DNA of 34,108 bases, taken from the IMG/VR virus record IMGVR_UViG_2778261452_000005; one strand, 5' to 3'. This stretch comes from a virus (taxonomy: Duplodnaviria; Heunggongvirae; Uroviricota; Caudoviricetes). The translations under genes and the position numbers were made by a program. Under the pieces are notes generated by a model. The model worked only from the letters and a program-made list of their open reading frames with translations, had not been told where the DNA came from and made no database searches. Of this stretch, positions 17,736 to 26,295 are shown piece after piece (within the stretch, counting starts at the first letter, position 1; the number at the start of each line of letters is the position of its first letter).

Positions 17736-18174
17736 ACTGCAGAAGGTGGACAACTGGCTGAGTGCATTATTGGCGAATCTGGAGCCAGCCGCAAGAAGCC
17801 GCATGATGCGCCAGCTGGCGCAGGAACTGCGCCGGACACAGCAGCAGAACATCAGGATGCAGCGCAATCCTGATGGCAGCAGTTATGAGCCGCGCAGGGT
17901 AACAGCACGCAGCAAAAAGGGGCGCATCAAACGTCAGATGTTTACAAAGCTGCGCACCACAAAATACCTGAAAACTGCCGCCAGCGCCGACTCTGCCAGC
18001 GTGCAGTTTGAAGGCAAGGTACAGCGCATTGCCCGTGTTCATCACTACGGCTTACGTGATCGCGTCAGCCGCAAAGGACCGGAGGTCCGTTACGCAGAGC
18101 GTCGCCTTCTGGGTGTAAATGATGATGTTGAGGCAATGACCCGCGACATGATTCTGCAATGGCTGGCGGGGTGA
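17728..18174 (+). CDS. S: Tail completion protein (P2 gpS-like)
   Basis: 148 aa; overlaps the R stop; position as P2 S. Confidence 0.8.
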   Translation: MDELQKVDNWLSALLANLEPAARSRMMRQLAQELRRTQQQNIRMQRNPDGSSYEPRRVTARSKKGRIKRQMFTKLRTTKYLKTAASADSASVQFEGKVQRIARVHHYGLRDRVSRKGPEVRYAERRLLGVNDDVEAMTRDMILQWLAG

Positions 18175-18178
18175 TTTT

Positions 18179-18196
18179 TGTATCAGCACTGATACA
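18179..18196 (+). promoter_or_regulatory. Late-promoter activator site (TGT-N12-ACA) upstream of V
   Basis: TGTATCAGCACTGATACA, a near-perfect palindrome, in the S-V intergenic region. Confidence 0.6.
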
Positions 18197-18242
18197 AGTT
18201 GCAGCACTGCCGCCTTTCTTCCCCTGATGGCAACCTTTCCCT

Positions 18243-18821
18243 ATGAACGCACAATTAACCGAAATCATGCGCCTTATCACCAACCTGATCCGCACTGGGG
18301 TAGTCACCGAAGTGGACAGGACAAACTGGCTTTGCCGGGTGAAAACGGGCGACCTTGAAACTAACTGGATTAACTGGCTGACGCTGCGCGCGGGTAATGC
18401 CCGCACATGGTGGAAACCATCAGAAGGTGAGCAGGTGGTGCTGCTGAGTCTGGGCGGCAATCTGGAGACTGCCTTTGCGCTGCCCGCTGTCTATTCGAAT
18501 CAGTTCGCACCACCGTCGACGTCGGCGGACGCCTGCGTGACAGAACATCCTGACGGTAGCTGGTTTGAATATGAACCCGCCACCGGGCGCTGGTATGTCA
18601 GGGGCATCAAATCAATGGTCATTGAGGCCGCTGACAACATCACCATGAAAACCAGTGAGTTTGTACTGGAGGCTGACCGCACGCGCATTAACAGCGAAGT
18701 GGTGATCAATGGTGGCGTTACTCAGGGCGGCGGAGCGATGAGTTCTAACGGGATCGTGGTTGATGCGCATCAGCATACTGGCGTCCTGAAAGGCGGAGAT
18801 ACAACCGGAGGCCCGGTATGA
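18243..18821 (+). CDS. V: Baseplate spike/assembly protein (P2 gpV-like)
   Basis: 192 aa; IRTG...TWW..S.GEQV motifs resemble P2 V as I recall it. Confidence 0.85.
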   Translation: MNAQLTEIMRLITNLIRTGVVTEVDRTNWLCRVKTGDLETNWINWLTLRAGNARTWWKPSEGEQVVLLSLGGNLETAFALPAVYSNQFAPPSTSADACVTEHPDGSWFEYEPATGRWYVRGIKSMVIEAADNITMKTSEFVLEADRTRINSEVVINGGVTQGGGAMSSNGIVVDAHQHTGVLKGGDTTGGPV

Positions 18822-19177
18822 CGCTTTATAGCGGGATGAACAATACCAGCGGCAAAGTCATTACTGATATTGACCATCTGCGCCAGTCGGTGCGGGACAT
18901 TCTGCTGACGCCGCAGGGTAGCCGCATTGCTCGCCGTGAATATGGTTCCCTGCTGTCGGCACTGATAGACCAGCCACAAAATCCGGCATTACGCCTGCAG
19001 GTCATGTCGGCAGTGTATGTGGCGCTGAGTCGCTGGGAGCCACGGATGACGCTGGATTCCATCACCATCAACAGCAATTTTGACGGTTCAATGGTGGTGG
19101 TGCTGAGCGGGCGGCGTAATAACGGTGTGCCTGTTTCCCTTTCCGTATCAACAGGAGCAGAGAATGGCAGTGATTGA
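18818..19177 (+). CDS. W: Baseplate wedge protein (P2 gpW / gp25-like)
   Basis: 119 aa; position as P2 W. Confidence 0.85.
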   Translation: MTLYSGMNNTSGKVITDIDHLRQSVRDILLTPQGSRIARREYGSLLSALIDQPQNPALRLQVMSAVYVALSRWEPRMTLDSITINSNFDGSMVVVLSGRRNNGVPVSLSVSTGAENGSD

Positions 19178-20072
19178 CCTTTCGCAGTTGCCTGCGCCGC
19201 AGATTGTGGATGTGCCGGACTTTGAGACGCTGCTTGCCGAACGCAAGGCCGAATTTGTTGCGCTTCATCCGAAAGATGAGCAGGAAGCAGTGATCCGCAC
19301 GCTGGAACTGGAATCTGAACCCGTCACCAAATTGCTGCAGGAGAACGCTTACCGTGAGTTGCTTCTGCGCCAGCGCATTAACGAAGCCGCGCAGGCTGTG
19401 ATGGTGGCTTACGCGATGGGCAGCGATCTTGACCAGCTCGCTGCCAACTACAACGTGAAACGCCTGACGGTGACGCCTGCTGATAATGACGCTGTGCCGC
19501 CCGTTGCAGCTGTGATGGAAAGCGATGAAGCGTTACGCCTGCGTGTGCCTGCAGCCTTTGAAGGGCTTTCAGTTGCGGGGCCAACTGCAGCTTATGAATT
19601 TCATGCCCGAAGCGCCGACGGTCGGGTGGCGGATGCCAGTGCAACCAGCCCGGCACCTGCAGAGGTGGTGCTGACTGTCCTTAGCCGCGAAGGCGATGGA
19701 ACTGCAGAAAAAGACCTGCTGGACGTGGTGGAAAAAGCTCTGAACAGTGAGAACGTCCGCCCGGTGGCTGACCGTCTTACGGTTCGCAGCGCAGAAATCA
19801 TCCCGTATCGCGTGGAAGCCACCATTTTTCTCTATCCGGGACCGGAAGCAGAGCCGGTAATGGCAGCGGCAAAAGCCAGCCTGCAGAAGTACATCGCCAG
19901 TCAGACGCGTCTTGGTCGGGATATTCGCCGTAGCGCCATCTTTGCCGCCCTGCATGTTGAGGGTGTGCAGCGTGTGGAGCTGGCTTCTCCTCTGGCGGAT
20001 GTGGTCCTGAACAAAACACAGGCGGCATCATGTACGCAGTGGAGCGTAACCAACGGAGGAACGGATGAATAG
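19164..20072 (+). CDS. J: Baseplate protein (P2 gpJ-like)
   Basis: 302 aa from ATG 19164 with AGGAG SD (same length as P2 J). Confidence 0.85.
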   Translation: MAVIDLSQLPAPQIVDVPDFETLLAERKAEFVALHPKDEQEAVIRTLELESEPVTKLLQENAYRELLLRQRINEAAQAVMVAYAMGSDLDQLAANYNVKRLTVTPADNDAVPPVAAVMESDEALRLRVPAAFEGLSVAGPTAAYEFHARSADGRVADASATSPAPAEVVLTVLSREGDGTAEKDLLDVVEKALNSENVRPVADRLTVRSAEIIPYRVEATIFLYPGPEAEPVMAAAKASLQKYIASQTRLGRDIRRSAIFAALHVEGVQRVELASPLADVVLNKTQAASCTQWSVTNGGTDE

Positions 20073-20670
20073 TCTGCTGCCACCGGGTTCAACACCACTG
20101 GAGCGCCGACTGGCGCAAACCTGCAGCGGGATTTCTGATCTGCAGGTGCCGCTTCGTGACTTGTGGAATCCGGCAACCTGTCCGGTCAGTTTCCTGCCTT
20201 ATCTCGCCTGGGCGTTCTCTGTGGATCGCTGGGACGAGGGCTGGACAGAAAGCGTCAAGCGCCAGGTGGTGAAGGATGCTTTTTATATTCATCAGCATAA
20301 AGGGACCACCAGTGCCGTGCGGCGGGTGGTGGAGCCGTTCGGCTTTCTGATCCGCATTATTGAGTGGTGGCAAACCGGAGAGGCACCGGGCACGTTTCGC
20401 CTGGATATCGGCGTGCAGGACCAGGGCATCACTGAAGATACCTATCTGGAACTTGAGCGACTGATAAGCGATGCCAAACCATGTAGCCGCCACATGATCG
20501 GCATGTCCATCAATCTGCAGACCAGCGGCCCGCATTGGGTGGGAGCCGCCAGCTATCTTGGCGAAGAAATCACGATCTATCCGTATATCAACGAAACGAT
20601 TATTTCCGGTGGCACCGCGCATGAAGGCGGGGCGGTCCATGTTATTGACACAATGAGAGTGAATCCATGA
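20065..20670 (+). CDS. I: Baseplate protein (P2 gpI-like)
   Basis: 201 aa between J and the tail fibre gene. Confidence 0.8.
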   Translation: MNSLLPPGSTPLERRLAQTCSGISDLQVPLRDLWNPATCPVSFLPYLAWAFSVDRWDEGWTESVKRQVVKDAFYIHQHKGTTSAVRRVVEPFGFLIRIIEWWQTGEAPGTFRLDIGVQDQGITEDTYLELERLISDAKPCSRHMIGMSINLQTSGPHWVGAASYLGEEITIYPYINETIISGGTAHEGGAVHVIDTMRVNP

Positions 20671-22184
20671 GCACAAAATTTTATACCCTGCTGACGGATA
20701 TTGGCGCGGCGAAACTTGCCAGCGCCGCCGCGCTCGGTGTGCCGCTAAAAATTACCCATATGGCGGTGGGCGATGGCGGCGGAGTATTGCCAACGCCGGA
20801 CGCAAAGCAGACGGCACTGGTAAATGAGAAACGCCGGGCTGCGCTGAATATGCTTTATATCGACCCGCAGAACAGTAGCCAGATTATTGCTGAACAGGTG
20901 ATCCCTGAAAACGAGGGCGGTTGGTGGATACGTGAAGTGGGCCTGTTTGATGAGTCCGGGGCATTGATTGCCGTGGGAAACTGCCCGGAAAGCTATAAGC
21001 CGCAACTGGCTGAAGGCAGCGGGCGTACCCAGACCGTGCGCATGGTACTGATTACCAGCAGCACGGACAATATCACCCTGAAAATCGACCCTGCCGTAGT
21101 GCTGGCAACCCGCAAGTATGTGGATGATAAGGTACTGGAGCTGAAGGTGTACGCGGATGATCAGATGGCAAAACATCTTGCCGCACCGGACCCGCATTCA
21201 CAGTATGCACAGAAAGAAAGTCCTACGTTTACCGGGACACCCAAAGCGCCAACGCCAGCGGCGGGGAATAACACCACGCAGGTTGCGACCACAGCGTTTG
21301 TTCAGGCTGCACTGACGGCTATTATTAATGATGCGCCAGCCACGCTGGACACGCTGAAAGAAATAGCCGTAGCCATTAACAATGATCCGAAATTCAGTAC
21401 CACCATTAACAATGCGCTGGCACTGAAAGCTCCGCTGTCGAGTCCGGCACTCACCGGAACGCCAACAGCCCCCACGGCGGCGCAGTCGGTCAATAATACA
21501 CAGATTGCCACTACGGCTTTTGTGAAATCGGCGATTGCAGGAATGGTGGGTTCTGCACCTGCGGCACTGGATACACTGAACGAACTGGCGGCGGCACTGG
21601 GGAATGACCCGAACTTTGCCACGACAATGCTTAATGCACTGGCAGGTAAACAACCGCTGGACAATACGCTGACTAATTTGAGTGGAAAGGATGTAGCTGG
21701 TCTTCTCGCATACCTTGGTCTGGGGGAAACGATAAATAAAGCCTCCGGAGCTATGCAGAAATCAGCTAATGGTTCTGATATTTCTGATATATCAGCCTTC
21801 CGAAATGCGCTCCGGTTAGGGGCCGCTGCAACACGAGATGTTGGAGGGGATAATGCCTCGAAGTTACTGGATTTAGACAGTTTCAGGTCAATGATGTCAG
21901 GTAATGGCTACATCTACATTCCATGCATTGCGACGACAGGAAACCCGGTGAAACTTATGTTGCAGTGGGGAACGGTGGCAACACAAAAGGGAGCTGATGC
22001 TGGATATGCCTTACCATTTGCTTTTCCCTATGCAGGCTTGTTTGCGACCGGAAACCGTGGAACATCTGGCTACAATGCCGCGATGAATGTGCGTATTGCC
22101 AGCAGAACGCATATCAGTATTCAGAACTGGTCGCCATCCGGAGAGGGCACCGAAGATTGTTGTTTTATCGCGCTGGGGTATTAA
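20667..22184 (+). CDS. H: Tail fibre protein (P2 gpH-like) with internal tandem repeats
   Basis: 505 aa; two copies of a roughly 70-aa module (TGTP.APT.A...TQ.ATTAFV...APA.LDTL.E.A.A...DP.F) and a divergent C-terminal domain. Confidence 0.85.
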   Translation: MSTKFYTLLTDIGAAKLASAAALGVPLKITHMAVGDGGGVLPTPDAKQTALVNEKRRAALNMLYIDPQNSSQIIAEQVIPENEGGWWIREVGLFDESGALIAVGNCPESYKPQLAEGSGRTQTVRMVLITSSTDNITLKIDPAVVLATRKYVDDKVLELKVYADDQMAKHLAAPDPHSQYAQKESPTFTGTPKAPTPAAGNNTTQVATTAFVQAALTAIINDAPATLDTLKEIAVAINNDPKFSTTINNALALKAPLSSPALTGTPTAPTAAQSVNNTQIATTAFVKSAIAGMVGSAPAALDTLNELAAALGNDPNFATTMLNALAGKQPLDNTLTNLSGKDVAGLLAYLGLGETINKASGAMQKSANGSDISDISAFRNALRLGAAATRDVGGDNASKLLDLDSFRSMMSGNGYIYIPCIATTGNPVKLMLQWGTVATQKGADAGYALPFAFPYAGLFATGNRGTSGYNAAMNVRIASRTHISIQNWSPSGEGTEDCCFIALGY

Positions 22185-22186
22185 GA

Positions 22187-22600
22187 ATGAATAAATTTTA
22201 TAAAGGCTCTTTCTATCCGGAAGCACTAAAAGAGGTATATATCAGCGCTGGCTCATGGCCTGAAAACGGCGTTGATGTTGATGATGAAACAATGGCAATT
22301 TACACGGGTGTCGTACCGCAGGGTAAAATGCTAGGTTCCGATAAAAATGGCAACCCTGCTTGGGTGGATATTCCGCCTCTTTCAACGGAGCAATTAGTTG
22401 CCATTATGGAGCAGAAGAAAGGGAAACTTCGTTCGATAGCCGATGCTGAAATTAGCTGGCGACAGGATGCCGTTGATGAAGGGATAGCGACGAAAGAGGA
22501 AACTGCCGCTTTAACTGAATGGAAGAAATACCGTGTGCTGTTGATGCGTGTTGATACATCACTAGCCCCCAATATTGATTGGCCCGAAGTGCCTGTTTGA
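22187..22600 (+). CDS. G: Tail fibre assembly chaperone (P2 gpG-like)
   Basis: ATG 22187 directly after the H stop; 137 aa. Confidence 0.8.
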   Translation: MNKFYKGSFYPEALKEVYISAGSWPENGVDVDDETMAIYTGVVPQGKMLGSDKNGNPAWVDIPPLSTEQLVAIMEQKKGKLRSIADAEISWRQDAVDEGIATKEETAALTEWKKYRVLLMRVDTSLAPNIDWPEVPV

Positions 22601-22616
22601 GTATTTTCAATACGTA

Positions 22617-22639
22617 TTAGGGGGGAGTATCCCCCCTAA
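22617..22639. terminator. Hairpin between convergent G and acyltransferase genes (TTAGGGGGG-agtat-CCCCCCTAA)
   Basis: Perfect 9-bp inverted repeat between stops 22598-22600 and 22644-22646. Confidence 0.5.
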
Positions 22640-22643
22640 AATA

Positions 22644-23783
22644 TTATGCTGTCTTGAACTGTAAAAGCACTTTACTAATTCTTCCCGACAGTAATACAGC
22701 TGGTTTATCGAAAAGACGATAGAAACCCCAGGACACTGGTAAGCTTATGGCTACGCAAATTATTATTGATATGAGGCTTGCTGCTAATTCATCAATGCGT
22801 AAGGACAAGTAGTTAAATGATGGTATTGCTACCGCGTAAATTAAAACCATTTGTAATAAATATAATGAGAAAGATATCTTGCCTAAAAATATTGCTGGTT
22901 TTGTAGATAGTATATTGTTAACCCCATTGCTCCTCAATGCAAATAAAACAATAAAAATACCAGAGAATAAAAACAGGGTGTACTCAGTTAAGTAATTATT
23001 AATATCTGAGAAAATGCTTGAATAGGCATATGATTGTACTTTATATCCAGCAAAGTATAATCCAAGAATTAGGATTGCGACAGATGATTTTTTTGATAGT
23101 TTAATATTTGTCTTGTATATTACGGAGCCAGACATAAAACAAGCCAATCCATAGTATAGTGCGTCGCCATCATTGTAATAGCCTAGTGATAGGAATATAA
23201 GAAATACAATCGCTGGAAAAAGTGCGGAGTTTGTTTTCTTGGATATAAATAGTAAAGCCAGAATATATGATCCGATGAGTTCAATTTTCATGGTCCATAA
23301 TACCCAGTTATAGGTCTTAACACCATCCCCACCAAAAGCACCTATTAATCCTGTGAATATGGCACCATGTAAGCTGTAATCAAAGGTTCCTAGATTTGAG
23401 GCCCATTCGGAAATGCCAGTTCTATTTATATCTATGTGTGAGTATACAGCCCATCCAATCAAACAAGAGAAAAATACTGGCACCATTAATCTTATATATC
23501 TTTTTAAAAGGAATGCAAAGAAAAGAATTGAATCAAATCGCTTAGAGAAACTTGAAGATAAAACAAAACCACTTAATACAAAGAATACGTAGACTCCAGC
23601 AGAGCCAGAGTAAAAAAAAGAGAAAGGAGAGTTCATGATATAACTCTCAAAAGAATACCTCATGGACTCTGCTGCATGCATATATGGGTAGAAAGTATAT
23701 GCAAGATGTGAGAAAAACACAGCAAGACAGGCGATGCCTCTGAGACCGTCCGCATTACTATTGTGTTCTTGAGCAACACTCAT
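22644..23783 (-). CDS. Membrane acyltransferase (acyltransferase-3 / OafA-like family), probable lysogenic-conversion cargo
   Basis: About 10 predicted TM helices; N-terminal motif DGLRGIACLAVFFSHL typical of acyltransferase-3 enzymes; strongly AT-rich; inserted between G and FI (the P2 Z/fun position). Confidence 0.75.
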   Translation of the reverse strand: MSVAQEHNSNADGLRGIACLAVFFSHLAYTFYPYMHAAESMRYSFESYIMNSPFSFFYSGSAGVYVFFVLSGFVLSSSFSKRFDSILFFAFLLKRYIRLMVPVFFSCLIGWAVYSHIDINRTGISEWASNLGTFDYSLHGAIFTGLIGAFGGDGVKTYNWVLWTMKIELIGSYILALLFISKKTNSALFPAIVFLIFLSLGYYNDGDALYYGLACFMSGSVIYKTNIKLSKKSSVAILILGLYFAGYKVQSYAYSSIFSDINNYLTEYTLFLFSGIFIVLFALRSNGVNNILSTKPAIFLGKISFSLYLLQMVLIYAVAIPSFNYLSLRIDELAASLISIIICVAISLPVSWGFYRLFDKPAVLLSGRISKVLLQFKTA

Positions 23784-23854
23784 GAAAATTAACCTATGTT
23801 TAGAGTAATGTAGCCTAAAACGCCTAATCAAAAATAGGCGGATACCTTTGAGGC

Positions 23855-23890
23855 CATTCTAGCCTGAGGTTACATTCTAGCCTGAGGTTA
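23855..23890. repeat. Perfect tandem direct repeat, 2 x 18 bp (CATTCTAGCCTGAGGTTA)
   Basis: Units at 23855-23872 and 23873-23890, upstream of the acyltransferase gene. Confidence 0.9.
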
Positions 23891-24013
23891 ATCAAGATAC
23901 CATTATGCTTTCATATCCAATCTGGCCGGAAGCGTCGCATCTGTTTCTCGCTAAGTATCAACGTAGTAAGCATCCATCAGTTCACTGATCATTCACCTTC
24001 TTAAAACTGCTAT

Positions 24014-24031
24014 TGTGCCAGCGCTGGCACA
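24014..24031 (+). promoter_or_regulatory. Late-promoter activator site (TGT-N12-ACA) upstream of FI
   Basis: TGTGCCAGCGCTGGCACA, a perfect palindrome, about 75 bp upstream of ATG 24107. Confidence 0.6.
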
Positions 24032-24106
24032 GGGTTAAACGCGTGCGCCGCGTGCATATCAACCAGAACATAGGCACACCCCCCTGTAAACCGGAGAGAT
24101 TGCCTT

Positions 24107-25279
24107 ATGGCTCAGGATTACCACCACGGGGTGCGCGTTGTTGAAGTCAACGAGGGCACCCGATCTATCACCACGGTGAGCACCGCTATCGTGGGCATGG
24201 TCTGCACCGGCGATGATGCTGATGCGTCCGTATTCCCTCTCAATAAGCCGGTTCTGCTGACGGATGTGCTGGAGGCTAGCGGTAAAGCAGGCGAGTCAGG
24301 CACGCTGGCCCGTTCGCTGGATGCGATTGCCGACCAGTCAAAACCCGTGACCGTTGTTGTGCGTGTGCCGCAGGGTGAAACGGAAGAAGAAACCACGACC
24401 AATATCATCGGCGCAGTGACTGCTGAAGGTAAAAAAACAGGCATGAAAGCCCTGTTATCTGCCCAGACACAGCTCGGCGTTAAACCGCGCATTCTCGGCG
24501 TGCCAGGTCACGATAACAAAGCCGTTGCTACTGAGTTGTTGAGTGTGGCGCAAAGCCTGCGTGGGTTTGCTTACCTGTCAGCGTATGGCTGCAAGACGGT
24601 GCAGGAGGCGCTCACTTACCGTGAAAACTTCAGCCAGCGCGAAGGAATGCTGATCTGGCCCGACTTTACTGGCTGGGACACGGTGCTGAATGCCGAAACA
24701 ACGGCATATGCCACCGCCCGTGCGCTTGGTCTGCGTGCCAAAATTGATGAGCAGACTGGGTGGCACAAAAGCCTGTCCAACGTGGGCGTGAACGGTGTCA
24801 CCGGAATTTCTGCAGATGTGTTCTGGGATCTGCAGGACCCGGCAACCGATGCAGGTCTGCTGAACCAGAACGACGTCACCACGCTTGTGCGCAAGGACGG
24901 TTTCCGCTTCTGGGGTTCCCGCTGCCTGAGTGATGACCCGCTCTTTGCCTTCGAAAACTACACCCGTACGGCGCAGGTGCTGATGGACACGATGGCAGAA
25001 GCACACATGTGGGCGGTGGATAAACCGCTTAACCCGTCGCTGGCCCGCGACATTATCGAAGGTATCCGCGCCAAAATGCGCAGCCTGGTCAGTCAGGGCT
25101 ATCTCATTGGTGGTGATTGCTGGCTGGATGAGTCGGTGAACGACAAAGACACGCTGAAAGCCGGAAAACTCACCATCGACTATGACTACACGCCAGTGCC
25201 GCCACTTGAAAATCTGATGCTGCGCCAGCGCATCACCGATCAGTACCTGGTGAATTTCGCCAGCCAGGTCAGCGCGTAA
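24107..25279 (+). CDS. FI: Tail sheath protein (P2 gpFI-like)
   Basis: 390 aa, GGAGAG SD, followed by the tail tube gene. Confidence 0.9.
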   Translation: MAQDYHHGVRVVEVNEGTRSITTVSTAIVGMVCTGDDADASVFPLNKPVLLTDVLEASGKAGESGTLARSLDAIADQSKPVTVVVRVPQGETEEETTTNIIGAVTAEGKKTGMKALLSAQTQLGVKPRILGVPGHDNKAVATELLSVAQSLRGFAYLSAYGCKTVQEALTYRENFSQREGMLIWPDFTGWDTVLNAETTAYATARALGLRAKIDEQTGWHKSLSNVGVNGVTGISADVFWDLQDPATDAGLLNQNDVTTLVRKDGFRFWGSRCLSDDPLFAFENYTRTAQVLMDTMAEAHMWAVDKPLNPSLARDIIEGIRAKMRSLVSQGYLIGGDCWLDESVNDKDTLKAGKLTIDYDYTPVPPLENLMLRQRITDQYLVNFASQVSA

Positions 25280-25288
25280 GGGGACAAC

Positions 25289-25804
25289 ATGGCTTTACCA
25301 CGCAAATTAAAACACCTGAACCTGTTTAACGACGGGAACAACTGGCAGGGGATCGTTGAGTCGCTGACGCTGCCGAAATTTACCCGCAAATATGAGAAGT
25401 ATCGCGGCGGCGGAATGCCGGGTGCGGTGGATGTGGATCTGGGGCTTGATGACAGTGCGCTGGACACAGAATTTTCCATTGGTGGTACTGAATTGCTGCT
25501 GTTTAAACAGATGGGTAAAGCCACGGTGGATGGCATCCAGCTGCGCTTTACCGGCTCTATTCAGCGTGACGATACCGGGGAAGTGCAGGCCGTGGAGCTT
25601 GTCGTGCGTGGACGTCACAAAGAAGTGGATTCCGGCGAGTGGAAGACGGGCGAAAGCAACACCACCAAAGTGACCAGTACCAACAGCTACGCGAAGCTGA
25701 CCATCAATGGTGAGGTGCTCTATGAAGTGGACCTTATCAACATGGTGGAAATTGTGGACGGTGTGGACCTGATGGAAGCGCACCGCAACGCCCTCGGCCT
25801 CTGA
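25289..25804 (+). CDS. FII: Tail tube protein (P2 gpFII-like)
   Basis: 171 aa directly after the sheath gene. Confidence 0.9.
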   Translation: MALPRKLKHLNLFNDGNNWQGIVESLTLPKFTRKYEKYRGGGMPGAVDVDLGLDDSALDTEFSIGGTELLLFKQMGKATVDGIQLRFTGSIQRDDTGEVQAVELVVRGRHKEVDSGEWKTGESNTTKVTSTNSYAKLTINGEVLYEVDLINMVEIVDGVDLMEAHRNALGL

Positions 25805-25858
25805 TATATCTGAACGGCGCGGGATACCGCGCCAGAACCCAATTGACAGGACAGCAAA

Positions 25859-26161
25859 ATGAGCGATAAGCAGACTGAAAAGACCATTCAACTGGATACC
25901 CCCATCAAGCGCGGTAAAACAGAAATCACCGAAATTGTGCTGCGTAAACCGCAGTCCGGTGCGCTGCGCGGTACACGCCTGCAGGCCATTATGGATATGG
26001 ATGTAAACGCGATGATGATCGTGATCCCCCGCATCTCCAGTCCGGCACTGACTGCACAGGAAATTGCAGAGATGGACCCGGCAGATCTCACTGCCATGTC
26101 GGTTGAGGTTGTCACTTTTTTGTTGAAGAAGTCGGTGCTTGCCGGTTTACCGACAGCCTGA
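25859..26161 (+). CDS. E: Tail assembly chaperone (P2 gpE-like)
   Basis: 100 aa immediately upstream of the tape measure gene; contains the slippery heptamer. Confidence 0.8.
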   Translation: MSDKQTEKTIQLDTPIKRGKTEITEIVLRKPQSGALRGTRLQAIMDMDVNAMMIVIPRISSPALTAQEIAEMDPADLTAMSVEVVTFLLKKSVLAGLPTA

Positions 26162-26295
26162 CGGTTGACGATCTGGTGGCAGATATCGCCACCATTTTTC
26201 ACTGGCCGCCATCCGTTACTGACGTTATGCCGCTGACCGAAGTGCTGGAATGGCGGTATAAAGCGATTCAGAGAAGCGGGGCCAACGATGAGTGA
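25859..26295 (+). CDS. Tail chaperone frameshift product E+E' (predicted -1 frameshift at T_TTT_TTG, 26116-26122)
   Basis: The -1 frame is open from the slippery site to TGA 26293-26295, overlapping the T start, as in the P2 E/E' and lambda G/GT arrangement. Confidence 0.65.

Noticed and set aside
23855-23890. Tandem repeat as a possible CRISPR array
   Set aside because: Only two directly abutting units with no spacers; not CRISPR-like.
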